52,557 nt of DNA, from NCBI GenBank assembly GCA_037137755.1, contig JBAXJR010000016.1, positions 1 through 52,557 of the forward strand. The letters run 5' to 3'. The notes under the pieces were generated by a model that saw only the letters and a program-made list of their open reading frames with translations, was not told where the DNA came from and searched no databases. The translations under genes were made by a program, and so were the position numbers. This DNA is from Methanomicrobiales archaeon (lineage in GTDB: Archaea; Halobacteriota; Methanomicrobia; Methanomicrobiales; Methanospirillaceae). The stretch's first letter is position 1; every line of letters starts with the position of its first letter. Shown here in pieces: positions 5,530 through 15,551 of this stretch.

Positions 5530-7262
5530 TCCACCACCAGGAGGACATCCCCGTTCTGGACGACGTCTCCTGCATCGACATAGATTTCAATGACGTGTCC
5601 ATCAACCGGGCAGTGAATCGGGTTTTCCATTTTCATTGCCTCGAGAACGAGGAGGAGGTCACCCTTTTTTACTTCCGCACCCTGGCTGACCGCAACTTCG
5701 AGGACCATCCCCTGCATGTTGCTCTTGATACCTCCCCTGATATCCCCGCGGGGGATCTTCGGTACCGGGGCACCAGACTTTTCGACGGTGCTTCCTTCCA
5801 CCGAAACGATCCGCACGGAGAAGATCTCTCCGTCAACTTCCACTTCCATGGAACTTGGCATCTCGGGGATCCCCGCAACCGGCGCTTTTTTCGAGGGGAT
5901 TATTTCGGCAACCCGCTCCCCCTTCAAAAATGACGGGGCAATCGCAGGGTACAGGATATAGGTGAGCACGTCCTCTTCCTTTTTCACAAAGCCCGCTTTG
6001 ATCGCCTCTTCTTTCAGTTTCGCATAGGAGGGAGGGAGGAGATCTGCGGGGCGGACCGTGATGACCGTTTCATCCCCGATGATCTCTCTGCGGACCTCGT
6101 CACTAATCGGGGCAGGTGAGCGCCCGTACAGTCCGCGTACGTAATCTTTCACCTCGTTTGTTACGTTCTTGTACCGTCCGCCCATCAGCACGTTCATGAC
6201 GGCCTGCGTACCGACGATCTGCGAGGTTGGCGTAACAAGTGGCGGATATCCCAGGTCCTCTCTTACCTTCGGTATCTCGGCGAATACATCGTCCATCCGG
6301 TCAAGGGCGTTTTGTTCCTGCAGCTGCGAAACAAGGTTCGAAATCATACCCCCGGGCAACTGGTAGATCAGCACGTCACTATCGACACGCTCTGATATCG
6401 GGCTGATAAGTCCCTCGTACTTTCCCCTTATCTCTAAGCAGGCATTTCTCAATTTGCGGAGGGCGATAAGGTCAATTCCCGTATCCCTCGCGGTTTCCTT
6501 CAACGAGGCAACGATACTTTCAGTAGGTGGCTGTGAAGTCCCGAGCGAAAACGGGGACATCGCGGTGTCAAGGATATCCACCCCGGCATCGATCGCTGCC
6601 TGGTAACTCATGGGTGCAATACCACTCGTTGAATGGCTGTGAAGGCACACCTTAATATCAATCTCATCTTTTATACCGGAGATCAGCTCGCGGGCCGACT
6701 GGGGCATGATGAGCCCGGCCATGTCCTTGATACAGATCGAATCACAATCTTTCGCATAGAGCTCTTTTGACATTTCGATAAATCTCTTCGTGGTATGGAC
6801 AGGGCTTGTTGTATAGCTGATCGCACCCTGGAGATGCGCCCCGACGTCCTTTACCTTCGCGATGGACCGTTCCATATTCCGGATATCGTTCAATGCGTCA
6901 AACACCCGGAAGACATCCACACCGTTTTTCCAGGAGAGTTCTACGAATTTATCAACCACATCATCAGAGTAATGGCGGTACCCGACAAGGTTCTGGCCGC
7001 GGAGCAGCATCTGGATCGGGGTCCTTTTCAGCTCGGCCTTTAAAAGGCGGAGCCGTTCCCACGGGTCTTCAGCAAGGAACCGGATAGCGGTATCAAATGT
7101 CGCGCCACCCCATGCTTCCACTGAAAAAAAGCCTATATTATCGATCTCCTTCGCCAAGGAGAGCATATCATCAGTCCGCATCCTGGTCGCAATAAGAGAC
7201 TGGTGTGCGTCTCTCAGCGTAGTATCTGTGATTAGTAATTTTTGTGGACCGGCAATACTCAT
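5526..7262 (-). CDS. pycB: Pyruvate carboxylase subunit B (carboxyltransferase plus biotinyl domain)
   Basis: DTTLRDAHQSLIATR, WGGATFD, C-terminal EAMKM biotin attachment site. Start taken at ATG 7262. Confidence 0.93.
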   Translation of the reverse strand: MSIAGPQKLLITDTTLRDAHQSLIATRMRTDDMLSLAKEIDNIGFFSVEAWGGATFDTAIRFLAEDPWERLRLLKAELKRTPIQMLLRGQNLVGYRHYSDDVVDKFVELSWKNGVDVFRVFDALNDIRNMERSIAKVKDVGAHLQGAISYTTSPVHTTKRFIEMSKELYAKDCDSICIKDMAGLIMPQSARELISGIKDEIDIKVCLHSHSTSGIAPMSYQAAIDAGVDILDTAMSPFSLGTSQPPTESIVASLKETARDTGIDLIALRKLRNACLEIRGKYEGLISPISERVDSDVLIYQLPGGMISNLVSQLQEQNALDRMDDVFAEIPKVREDLGYPPLVTPTSQIVGTQAVMNVLMGGRYKNVTNEVKDYVRGLYGRSPAPISDEVRREIIGDETVITVRPADLLPPSYAKLKEEAIKAGFVKKEEDVLTYILYPAIAPSFLKGERVAEIIPSKKAPVAGIPEMPSSMEVEVDGEIFSVRIVSVEGSTVEKSGAPVPKIPRGDIRGGIKSNMQGMVLEVAVSQGAEVKKGDLLLVLEAMKMENPIHCPVDGHVIEIYVDAGDVVQNGDVLLVVE

Positions 7263-7346
7263 TCTGCACCTCAAATAGAATGCGGGAACTTGTCGCAAAT
7301 TAGGAAGCTAAAGCCTACAAAAGTTCAATGTAGAAGTATAAAAATA

Positions 7347-7973
7347 TCACGAACCGGATAAGATTGCAATGAATAACATACAGATCGCCACGATCCCGCT
7401 GACATAATCCATGATCTTCGGGTGGAACTCCGGGCAGAGGGTACCTCCGTTCCTGTATCCCCGCACGGTGAGGAGGTCTGCCTGATCGTACGCACGCCGG
7501 ATCTGGTTCAGTACAAACATCCCGATTACCGGTACAATGGTTGAAAAACCCAGGGGTACTTCCTTCTGGCGTAGTGCCATCCGGATTTTCGAACTGTCAT
7601 CTTCAAGGTCATTGAGGGCTTCCATGCTCATCTCTGCGATCAGCCCCGGTTCAAAGCCATGCTTCCCAAAGAGCCATACCATAACCCTGAAAAATTCACC
7701 CGGGACATAGGCGGTATAAGCATACAGGGCAAGCAGAAGGATGACCGTCATGCGGATGAAATACGACAGGCCGCTACCGATTGTAAACCAGGTTAGTACC
7801 GAGACAACAACGATCATAGCGAAAAAGAGAATGGCAGCAGGCCTTCTGATACCCTTGAATCTCCCGGGAAGGCAGATCCAGTACAGGAACGCGAGCGCGG
7901 CCCCGGCAATGCTGATAAACGCCGCCACCGAGAGCACGATAATAACGAATATCCTTATTCTCGGGTCCTGCAT
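7347..7973 (-). CDS. ECF transporter transmembrane (T) component, biotin uptake
   Basis: Hydrophobic, with MALRQK and LTVRGY T-component-like motifs; operon with two ATPases and bioY. Confidence 0.75.
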   Translation of the reverse strand: MQDPRIRIFVIIVLSVAAFISIAGAALAFLYWICLPGRFKGIRRPAAILFFAMIVVVSVLTWFTIGSGLSYFIRMTVILLLALYAYTAYVPGEFFRVMVWLFGKHGFEPGLIAEMSMEALNDLEDDSSKIRMALRQKEVPLGFSTIVPVIGMFVLNQIRRAYDQADLLTVRGYRNGGTLCPEFHPKIMDYVSGIVAICMLFIAILSGS

Positions 7974-8668
7974 GTGGCCTCCATAACGGACCCGGGAGAG
8001 ATATTTCCAGGCACCAGCCCCCGCTCAAGGAGGTCCCTGATATGACGTGGCGCAAGGCTCCATTGGGAGATGGCGGCCGGTACCTGCCCACGTGAAACAA
8101 GGGTACCTTCTTGCATCTCCCAGATGAAATCGACCGGAGGGAGCCATGTCTGTTCATGCGTGCAGATGATAACAGTCCCAGGGCGGCGTTCTGTGATCCC
8201 CCTGCAGATTACCCTTTTTTCCCGGCAGTCAAGCGCACTGAACGGTTCATCGAGTATAAGGAGGTCAGCATCAGCCGACAGCACACATCCGAGGTGGAGA
8301 CGTTTCAGCTCCCCGCGTGAGAGTACCCTGATATCCTGGAACCCCCGCTCATAGAGCCGGGTGGACGCCAGTATCACTTCCGGATCAAGGCCCCAGGTGC
8401 GGATTTCATCGTTTAACGTGATCCCGGTCGTGTGGTACTCGGGGAACTGCATCGAAAGAAGGGATTTCCTGATCCCCGTCCGATGAACAGAACCCGAAGC
8501 AGGAAGTACCAGGCCTGACGCGATGAACGCCAGGGTCGATTTTCCACTCCCCACCTTCCCGCTGACGAGATGGATCCCTTCTTCGAATGTGCCGTCTGCG
8601 GTGAGCCGGAACTGGTCCCGCGTATACGTGACCTCCTCAAAGGTAAGAGTCAACGGGACAGCCTCCAT
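7955..8668 (-). CDS. ECF/ABC transporter ATPase
   Basis: Walker A GKVGSGKS, LSRGE signature, ILDEPFSALD. Confidence 0.88.
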   Translation of the reverse strand: MEAVPLTLTFEEVTYTRDQFRLTADGTFEEGIHLVSGKVGSGKSTLAFIASGLVLPASGSVHRTGIRKSLLSMQFPEYHTTGITLNDEIRTWGLDPEVILASTRLYERGFQDIRVLSRGELKRLHLGCVLSADADLLILDEPFSALDCREKRVICRGITERRPGTVIICTHEQTWLPPVDFIWEMQEGTLVSRGQVPAAISQWSLAPRHIRDLLERGLVPGNISPGSVMEATCRTRE

Positions 8669-9321
8669 GAAAGTGGATACAGGCAGTCACCTGTTAGCCC
8701 GGAAAACACCTCAAGGGGTGTCCCATAACGGGTTACAGACCCCCCTTCAAGGAGAATCACATGATCGGCACCCTTTGCAGTTTCCATATCCTGCGTACAC
8801 CATACGAGGTACAACACCTGCGAGTTCCTGATCAGCCGGGTAAGGGTGTCGGTACTCTCCTGGTCAAGGTGAGAGTCGGACTCATCCAGTACCAGGACGA
8901 GAGGCCTCGTCACCATCGCGGTTGCCAGGGAGACCAGGACTTTTTCCCCGCCCGAAAGGTCACGTGTCCGCCGGCCCAGGAGGTGGCTGATGCCTAAGTC
9001 AAGCGCAACGCTATTCACCAGCTCACTGACCTCCGGGCAGGGGTCTTTCCTGAAACGGAGCGGGGAGGCGATCTCATCTGAAACAGTCCCGAACAGAAGG
9101 TTCCTGTCCGGGTATTCGTTCAGCCACCCGGTATTGACCAATGCCGGGCTTTTCCCGGCAATTGCAACAGTTCCACGGTGTGGAGTGGTTATCCCGGCAA
9201 TGATCTGTAACAGCGTGGTTTTCCCGCTCCCGTTCGGACCGATGATCACCGTGGAGCCCGGGGAAACCTCAAGCGACGGGATCGAGAGGATACCATGGTG
9301 TATCGAGGAGAGGAGTATCAT
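8650..9321 (-). CDS. ECF/ABC transporter ATPase
   Basis: GPNGSGKT, LSGGE, VLDES. Confidence 0.88.
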   Translation of the reverse strand: MILLSSIHHGILSIPSLEVSPGSTVIIGPNGSGKTTLLQIIAGITTPHRGTVAIAGKSPALVNTGWLNEYPDRNLLFGTVSDEIASPLRFRKDPCPEVSELVNSVALDLGISHLLGRRTRDLSGGEKVLVSLATAMVTRPLVLVLDESDSHLDQESTDTLTRLIRNSQVLYLVWCTQDMETAKGADHVILLEGGSVTRYGTPLEVFSGLTGDCLYPLSWRLSR

Positions 9322-9881
9322 GGAGTCTTTTCACCCACCGGGATTTCATCTCCGCCCTGTACCATTTCACGGGGAGGAATCCGCTTCCCGATCGCATCTG
9401 CGGCATAGGCCTTGACCGCATCTCCCGGTAAAAATGGGAGCACGCCGACAATGGTCGCCTGGAGCAGCGACATCCCTGTTGAAAATGAAAGCCAGCCCAC
9501 GCCAATGACGTAGATACACGCTTCTGCGGCGCAGATCCCGGAAATATGCCATGCGAGGGACCGTTTTTCATAGGCCAGCCCTGCAACGAAGGCAGCAGGG
9601 ATGAACCCGATGAGGTACCCGCCGGTTGGACCGAGGAGCACCCCGATCCCTGACGTCCCGTTATGGAACACCGGGAGATTCATCGCCCCGAAGAGGATGA
9701 AAAGTGTCGCCGGGATTACCGCGTACCGCTTCATGACGATGGCGGCGAGGAGGACAAACATCGTCTGGAGCGTGAGGGGCACCGGCAGGAACGGTATCGA
9801 AATCCAGCTCCCGATAGCAATAAGACCAATAAATGCTGCAGTTTCTGCAATAATCAGGGCTCGCTGGCGGTCTCCCTGCAT
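9318..9881 (-). CDS. bioY: Biotin ECF S-component BioY
   Basis: PVPLTLQT, LPVF, GPTGGYLIGF, PFLPGDAVK. Start taken at ATG 9881. Confidence 0.93.
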   Translation of the reverse strand: MQGDRQRALIIAETAAFIGLIAIGSWISIPFLPVPLTLQTMFVLLAAIVMKRYAVIPATLFILFGAMNLPVFHNGTSGIGVLLGPTGGYLIGFIPAAFVAGLAYEKRSLAWHISGICAAEACIYVIGVGWLSFSTGMSLLQATIVGVLPFLPGDAVKAYAADAIGKRIPPREMVQGGDEIPVGEKTP

Positions 9882-9912
9882 CGTCAACCTTCTTTTATTT
9901 TTAGGTTGACGA
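9881..9912. promoter_or_regulatory. BirA operator-like palindrome at the bioY start
   Basis: TCGTCAACCT-N12-AGGTTGACGA, i.e. GTCAAC-N16-GTTGAC, matching the BirA GTwAAC-N14-16-GTTwAC architecture with one symmetric variant base per half-site. Lies between birA and bioY. Confidence 0.85.
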
Positions 9913-9923
9913 AGAAAATAGTG

Positions 9924-10901
9924 TTATCTGTGTGCGCAATCCCCGGCGATCACTCGTTCGACCCTTCCGTCATCTTTCCTGATGACAAGCGCCCCGAATT
10001 CATCGATGTCTATCGCCACACCTTCAAATGTGCTCTTCAGCGTGCTGATCCTGACATGCTGGTCAATCGTGCAGGACAGGCTCTTCCATTCACGGATTAC
10101 CGTGTCGTATTCCTGGCTCTCGATAAGGTTGTACCGGCTCTCAAATTCCTTCAGGAACCGTGCGAGAAGGGAGGCACGGTCAACGTCGTGTCCCACCTCT
10201 GCACTGATCGAGGTCACGCTGCCGGTCACAGCTGAAGTGAGTTCGTGGGCCGAGATGTTGGCATCAACCCCGATCCCAAGGATACAGTAATGGATATTAT
10301 CAGCCTCTGCTGATAATTCGAGCAACAGTCCCGCGACTTTTTTATCCCCGATATAGATGTCATTCGGCCACTTGATGAGGGCACCGAGGTCAAATTCCTT
10401 CCGGATGGCCCGCGCAACCGCGACAGCGCCAGCCATGGTGACCATGAAGACGTGGTCAACCGGTATCTGGGGTTTTAAGATGAGGGTAATCCAGATTCCA
10501 CCGGACGGTGATACCCAGACACGGCCCATCCGGCCGACGCCCCCGGTCTGTTCTTCGGCAATGATCACCATTCCATGAAGCTTCGCAGGGTCTTCCGACC
10601 CGCACATCTCCTTGGCAATTGCAATCGTTGATGGTGTACTCTCGAAATACCGCATTTTTTTCCCGAATACCGTAGTCCGGAGGTTTTTATGGACTTCGTA
10701 CGGGAGGAGCCGGTTACTTTTCTTGGTCAGGCGGTAGCCTTCGGTCTGGGAAGCAGAGATATCGTACCCGATCGCCTGAAGTTCCTTGACATGTTTCCAT
10801 ACGGCAGAGCGGGAGATCGAGAGCTCGTTGCTGATATATTCCCCTGAAACGGGTCCTTCTGCATTCTCCAGGACTTCAAGTACGCGAAACGCAGCTTCCA
10901 T
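9924..10901 (-). CDS. birA: Bifunctional biotin operon repressor / biotin-protein ligase
   Basis: N-terminal HTH (VSGEYISNELSISRSAVWKH), GVGRMGRVW, KWPND, KKVAGLL. Start taken at ATG 10901. Confidence 0.93.
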   Translation of the reverse strand: MEAAFRVLEVLENAEGPVSGEYISNELSISRSAVWKHVKELQAIGYDISASQTEGYRLTKKSNRLLPYEVHKNLRTTVFGKKMRYFESTPSTIAIAKEMCGSEDPAKLHGMVIIAEEQTGGVGRMGRVWVSPSGGIWITLILKPQIPVDHVFMVTMAGAVAVARAIRKEFDLGALIKWPNDIYIGDKKVAGLLLELSAEADNIHYCILGIGVDANISAHELTSAVTGSVTSISAEVGHDVDRASLLARFLKEFESRYNLIESQEYDTVIREWKSLSCTIDQHVRISTLKSTFEGVAIDIDEFGALVIRKDDGRVERVIAGDCAHR

Positions 10902-10908
10902 GATTACC

Positions 10909-11331
10909 CTACCTTTTTGCCCCGATCTGCTCATTCGGAAGAGGACAGGGGTCTTTTCCGCAGACCTGCTTCAGGATGGCAGACTGGTGCTCCATCAGTG
11001 TTGCGAGGTCGAAGATTCCTGTAATATCCACCACACCAATCGCCGCAATCGCAGCACCGCTGTCGTCCCTGATCGGGGCCACGATAACAGGGACCCCACG
11101 GTAAGGTCCATTTTCAGGAGTCTTCTGAATTTTCCTGTTTGTTTCCAATACTTCTTCTAGGACGGGCCCGGAATAATCAGCGTCAATTACCCTGCCATCC
11201 TCAATCCTTATACCCTTATTGTCCCTAGACATTGCAGTGACCGGCAGGTGGTTGAGAATTTCGTGAATTGCAAGTCCGACCGGTATAAGGTCTCCAGCGG
11301 AAGAACTCGAAGAAATGATATAGCGGCTCAT
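10909..11331 (-). CDS. DUF2111-family methanogen protein (GAF-like)
   Basis: LPVTAMS, GIRIEDGRVID..YSGPVLEEVL, GPYRGVPVIVAPI. Confidence 0.8.
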   Translation of the reverse strand: MSRYIISSSSSAGDLIPVGLAIHEILNHLPVTAMSRDNKGIRIEDGRVIDADYSGPVLEEVLETNRKIQKTPENGPYRGVPVIVAPIRDDSGAAIAAIGVVDITGIFDLATLMEHQSAILKQVCGKDPCPLPNEQIGAKR

Positions 11332-11362
11332 CGGACGTACCTCATAATTCCCTCGTTTTTAT

Positions 11363-11938
11363 CTAAAAAAAGGTTTCCCCTGCCTTCATGCAGACAGACA
11401 TTACAAATGACCTCGAAGGGTACTCATGGATGCTTGTTATCACGACAACACCTTTCCCGATGGTTTTTTCTAATAATACCGTTTTCCCATCGATCGTTCC
11501 AACGGATTCACCTTCAAACGAGGTCAAAAAACCATCATATTCAATGTGATTGGCATCGTAATCGCTGATGATCGAGGAGAGGGGGTGCCCAGGTTCTATT
11601 TCGATCCGGCTGTTCCCGGGCCCATATTGGTAGACCACACTGAAGGGGAGCCAGCTGTACCGGTCAGGGAGGGGGTCAGCAGCACCATATACGACGAGTG
11701 TCCCGCCATTCTCTACAAAACGGCGTATTCTTCCTGAAGATGCCTTGAGTGCAGGGAGCACCTGCGAGTATGCAGGATTGGCAAACCCCGTCGGTATGAT
11801 AAGGACGCTGTACTGCCCCCGGAAAAAAGGTGCCGCAAGGAGATGTGGTGAGACGGGTATTAACGTCACGCCGCACTCCTCGAGAAAACGGCCAAAGACA
11901 AGGGGCTGGTCCCATACCAGCCCGACACGGGGTTTCAA
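11363..11938 (-). CDS. Hypothetical protein with class I glutamine-amidotransferase-like fold
   Basis: VLIIPTGFAN...IRRFVENGGTLVVYG; overlaps the rtcB stop. Confidence 0.7.
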   Translation of the reverse strand: MKPRVGLVWDQPLVFGRFLEECGVTLIPVSPHLLAAPFFRGQYSVLIIPTGFANPAYSQVLPALKASSGRIRRFVENGGTLVVYGAADPLPDRYSWLPFSVVYQYGPGNSRIEIEPGHPLSSIISDYDANHIEYDGFLTSFEGESVGTIDGKTVLLEKTIGKGVVVITSIHEYPSRSFVMSVCMKAGETFF

Positions 11939-13368
11939 CCCTTGATCACTCCCAGCGGTTCAAGCCTGGCTACGAGGTTGGAGATCCCAAGGGCGTCGAC
12001 AATGCGGACTACCTCGGCACTAGGTTTGTATGCCCCCGGAGCCTCTTCTGCAATAGCCGCGTCATTTGGTGCCCTGACAATGATCCCTTCTTTTGACAGG
12101 GAATTTTTAATCTTCGCCCCGTTGATTGTCTTTTTTGCAGCGGAACGGGAGAGTATACGTCCTGCACCGTGACAGGTCGACCCGAACGTGCGTTCCATGG
12201 CAATAGTAGTACCACGGAGCAGGTAGGACGAAGCCCCCATACTGCCGGGGATGATGACAGGCTGTCCGGTCTTTGCATATCCGGATGGCAGGTCGGGGCT
12301 CCCGGGACCAAATGCCCGTGTGGCCCCTTTCCTGTGGACACAGACAGCAATCCTTTTTCCTTCATGGGAATGCTCCTCCATTTTTGCAACATTGTGTGCA
12401 ACATCATAGACGAGATGCATCGATTCGTATTCGATACCGTACATTTTCTCGAATACCGTCCGCGTGGTATGCATGATCATCTGCCGGTTGGCCCAGGCAT
12501 AATTTGCAGAGGCCGCCATCGCCCCAAAGTATGCCGTTCCTTCAGGTGAAGACAGCGGCGCACATGCAAGCTGGCGATCGGGCAGCACAATATTGTAGCG
12601 TTTTGTTGCACCTTCAAGCACTTTTAGATGGTCCGTGCAGGTCTGGTGCCCGAGCCCGCGTGACCCGCAGTGGATCATGACACAGATCTGGCCCGGGTGA
12701 ATGCCGAACGCCTTTGCGGCACCAGGGTCGTAAAGCTCCTTTACCACCTGGATCTCGAGAAAATGATTGCCTGCGCCAAGGGTCCCGCTCTGCGGCATTC
12801 CACGCTGCTTCGCTTTTGCGGAGACCGCCTGGCTTAGAGCCTGGGCCATGCAACCCTGTTCCTCGCAATGGTCAAGGTCTTCAGGAAGACCATATCCCTG
12901 GCGGACCGGCCATGCGGCACCCTGTACCATCATATCTTCGAGGTCACCGAGGGAGAGCCTGACCGGCCCCTTTGCCCCCACCCCGGTAGGCACCGCCTGG
13001 TACAGGGTCTCAATAAGCTCCCGCCGGTGTCCAAGGTCATCTATCGTGAGCGGTGTCGAGAGGAGCCTCACCCCGCAGTTAATGTCAAACCCTACGCCGC
13101 CCGGGGATATCACCCCGGTATCACATTCAAATGCAGCCACCCCGCCGATCGGGAACCCGTATCCCCAGTGGATGTCCGGCATTCCCATAGAGTACCTGAT
13201 AATCCCGGGCAATGTAGCAACATTTGCCAGTTGTTGCACAGCCCCTGATTCCAGGCTTTTATATAGCGAATCGGAAAGGAAGAACCTGCCCGGGACTCTC
13301 ATTCCTGGAACAGTCCCTGTGGGCACCTCCCATTCGAACTCACCCAACCGTGTTACACGTTCCAGCAT
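11935..13368 (-). CDS. rtcB: tRNA-splicing ligase RtcB
   Basis: MPDIHWGYGFPIGG, GFDINCG, GNHFLEIQ, HRKGATR, CHGAGR, EEAPGAYK. Confidence 0.96.
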   Translation of the reverse strand: MLERVTRLGEFEWEVPTGTVPGMRVPGRFFLSDSLYKSLESGAVQQLANVATLPGIIRYSMGMPDIHWGYGFPIGGVAAFECDTGVISPGGVGFDINCGVRLLSTPLTIDDLGHRRELIETLYQAVPTGVGAKGPVRLSLGDLEDMMVQGAAWPVRQGYGLPEDLDHCEEQGCMAQALSQAVSAKAKQRGMPQSGTLGAGNHFLEIQVVKELYDPGAAKAFGIHPGQICVMIHCGSRGLGHQTCTDHLKVLEGATKRYNIVLPDRQLACAPLSSPEGTAYFGAMAASANYAWANRQMIMHTTRTVFEKMYGIEYESMHLVYDVAHNVAKMEEHSHEGKRIAVCVHRKGATRAFGPGSPDLPSGYAKTGQPVIIPGSMGASSYLLRGTTIAMERTFGSTCHGAGRILSRSAAKKTINGAKIKNSLSKEGIIVRAPNDAAIAEEAPGAYKPSAEVVRIVDALGISNLVARLEPLGVIKG

Positions 13369-13380
13369 CGCATCAACCTT

Positions 13381-13788
13381 TCACACATCAAAGAGTATGT
13401 CCAATACATACCCCTCATCCTCTTTAACTATGCTGAACCCTGAGTACGATATCCCCTTGATCTCTGTCCCGCCCCGGTGTCGTTCCGGGTCGAACGGTTC
13501 TCCGGTTAATAGAGCCCTGAGGGAGTTCCCGGAGATATTGACAATTGCTGATGAAAAAACGAGGTATTCAACCTCTGAAAGGAAAAGGACCTCTGAAAGA
13601 AAGTCCAATAACAGATTTTCAGTATTTCCTGCCTCCAGTTCGATGGTCCTCTCCACCTCACCGAAGCGTGACTCACCGTACACAATCTTCATCATCGCCA
13701 GCGCGGTTTCCGCGAAGAGCGAGTCGGGAGAAGGTGATCTCACCTTCAGCCTGATATCGGCAGTATGGTCGAGTTCTTCATAACTCAT
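13381..13788 (-). CDS. Archease
   Basis: YEELDHTAD N-terminus, EIKGISY, C-terminal FDV; adjacent to rtcB. Confidence 0.93.
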   Translation of the reverse strand: MSYEELDHTADIRLKVRSPSPDSLFAETALAMMKIVYGESRFGEVERTIELEAGNTENLLLDFLSEVLFLSEVEYLVFSSAIVNISGNSLRALLTGEPFDPERHRGGTEIKGISYSGFSIVKEDEGYVLDILFDV

Positions 13789-14075
13789 AGGCAGCTGCCG
13801 GACCCCTCATCCTGGTCATAGAAAAAAGGTACCATGCCCATGTCTATCGAATGGAGGTACCGTACCTGGTGGACAGAGATAAATATCGTGTAATCCCCGG
13901 CCCTGACCTGAAAATCGTTTGGTTTCGGTGATTTCATCGAAATTGGCAGGAGGATCGGACCCCCGCACGATGTACAGATGCGGAAATCACATTTGCGTTT
14001 ATTGATATATTCCTGCACTTCTTCTGTGATCTTTATCTGGTCGTGTGACGGTGCATCATAAAAATTGGAATGCAT
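13785..14075 (-). CDS. Conserved hypothetical protein
   Basis: DFRICTSCGGPILLP motif; ATGA overlap with archease. Start uncertain. Confidence 0.7.
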   Translation of the reverse strand: MHSNFYDAPSHDQIKITEEVQEYINKRKCDFRICTSCGGPILLPISMKSPKPNDFQVRAGDYTIFISVHQVRYLHSIDMGMVPFFYDQDEGSGSCL

Positions 14076-14154
14076 AAAAACCTGTAATAGAGTTTTGACA
14101 GTTATAGTAAAAAGTATGGTGGTATCGGACACCCGGTGCGGTAGTTCTTATTTG

Positions 14155-14469
14155 TTAAACAGGTCCGATGATCCGCGTGACAAGGTCGAAATATTGTTCC
14201 TTCAGTTCGTATATACTCGTTGTCCCATCCTTAATGCGGTTTACATGGAGGATACCGAGGCGGGAAGCGACAATACCGACCATCGCGGCGACAGAGTGGT
14301 AACTGATAGAAAATTTCTGGTTTAAATATTCGAACATCCGGGATATCGTAATAGACCTGAGTTTAAGGAACAATTTAAGCATTTCACGCCGTATGCCTGT
14401 CTTATCTCTTGAGACATAATTTTTGAGGCGGGATTCTATGACCTTTTTGATCTCAGCCGTGGCCCTCAT
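14155..14469 (-). CDS. DUF2551-family winged-helix protein
   Basis: RLKNYVSRDKTGIRR, VAAMVGIVASRLGIL. Confidence 0.8.
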   Translation of the reverse strand: MRATAEIKKVIESRLKNYVSRDKTGIRREMLKLFLKLRSITISRMFEYLNQKFSISYHSVAAMVGIVASRLGILHVNRIKDGTTSIYELKEQYFDLVTRIIGPV

Positions 14470-14645
14470 ACGTGATTACTGCCGCCCAAAGTAATATATG
14501 TCTTTTCATTTTTTCCCGGGAGGTTGCGCGATAAACTGAAATTTGGGGCTGTATTTGAAAAAAATGATTATATTGAAGATTTTTAGGGGATTGCATGACT
14601 TAAGCGACAGGAACTATTTATTCACCCGGGTGCAATTATTATGAC

Positions 14646-15551
14646 ATGGGATTCACCTACGATGTTAATCGTTATACCCCGAAACAGATGGTGATCATCC
14701 CGTTGATCCTCCTCGTATTAGCACTCATTTCCGTCGGAATCACGATGACCCAGACGGGGTTACCGGTGAAGCCTGGAATTGATTTCTCGGGTGGGACTGC
14801 GGTCACGGTGTTCACCACTGATTCTCCCGAGCAGATATCTGCATATTTTGCAGGATACCCGCTCGATGGGATTGAAGAGGGGATAAATAATGGAAAATAC
14901 CTGAAGTTTTCCAATATGCCGGATGCACAATTCCGGTCTCTGTCCGAACTGATAATGGCTAAATATCCTGATGCCAAGGTAGATCAGATTGGCGAGGCAT
15001 TTGGTAAAACGCTGCAAAGTCAGGCGGTACTCGCGCTGATCTTTTCATTTATTGGCATGGCCATCGTGGTCTTCATCACGTTCCGGATATTTGTGCCATC
15101 GGTCGCGGTTGTTCTCTCTGCATTTGCGGATATTATAATGACTGCGGGAGCGATGAACGTGCTTGGAATTCCTCTCACCCTGCCAACCACGGCAGCGCTC
15201 CTGATGCTTATCGGGTACTCGGTGGACAGTGACATACTGCTCACCATGCGGGTCCTCAAACGGCAGGGAAAACTCGATGAGAAGCTTGCCGGGGCATTCC
15301 ACACTGGTATTATCATGACAAGCACCGCAATCGCGGCTGTTGCAGCGATGTGGGTGGTGTCGTGGTACGGGCAGGTCCAGACGATCAACCTGATCGCGAG
15401 CGTGCTCCTGATCGGGCTCGCATTCGATATCCTGAATACCTGGCTCACCAACGCCGGGATCATCAAGTGGTATGTCACTAAAAAGGGCGGCCCCGGGCTT
15501 ACTGGTGGGACTACACCCAAACAGGACACGAAAAAGAGGGGTGGCAAATGA
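14646..15551 (+). CDS. secF: Protein translocase subunit SecF
   Basis: GIDFSGG, LMLIGYSVDSDILL; six TM helices. Confidence 0.93.
   Translation: MGFTYDVNRYTPKQMVIIPLILLVLALISVGITMTQTGLPVKPGIDFSGGTAVTVFTTDSPEQISAYFAGYPLDGIEEGINNGKYLKFSNMPDAQFRSLSELIMAKYPDAKVDQIGEAFGKTLQSQAVLALIFSFIGMAIVVFITFRIFVPSVAVVLSAFADIIMTAGAMNVLGIPLTLPTTAALLMLIGYSVDSDILLTMRVLKRQGKLDEKLAGAFHTGIIMTSTAIAAVAAMWVVSWYGQVQTINLIASVLLIGLAFDILNTWLTNAGIIKWYVTKKGGPGLTGGTTPKQDTKKRGGK

Noticed and set aside
4033-13783. Long antisense ORFs such as 4033..4728, 5247..5933 and 12767..13783
   Set aside because: Shadow frames opposite well-supported genes (pycAB, rtcB, archease).
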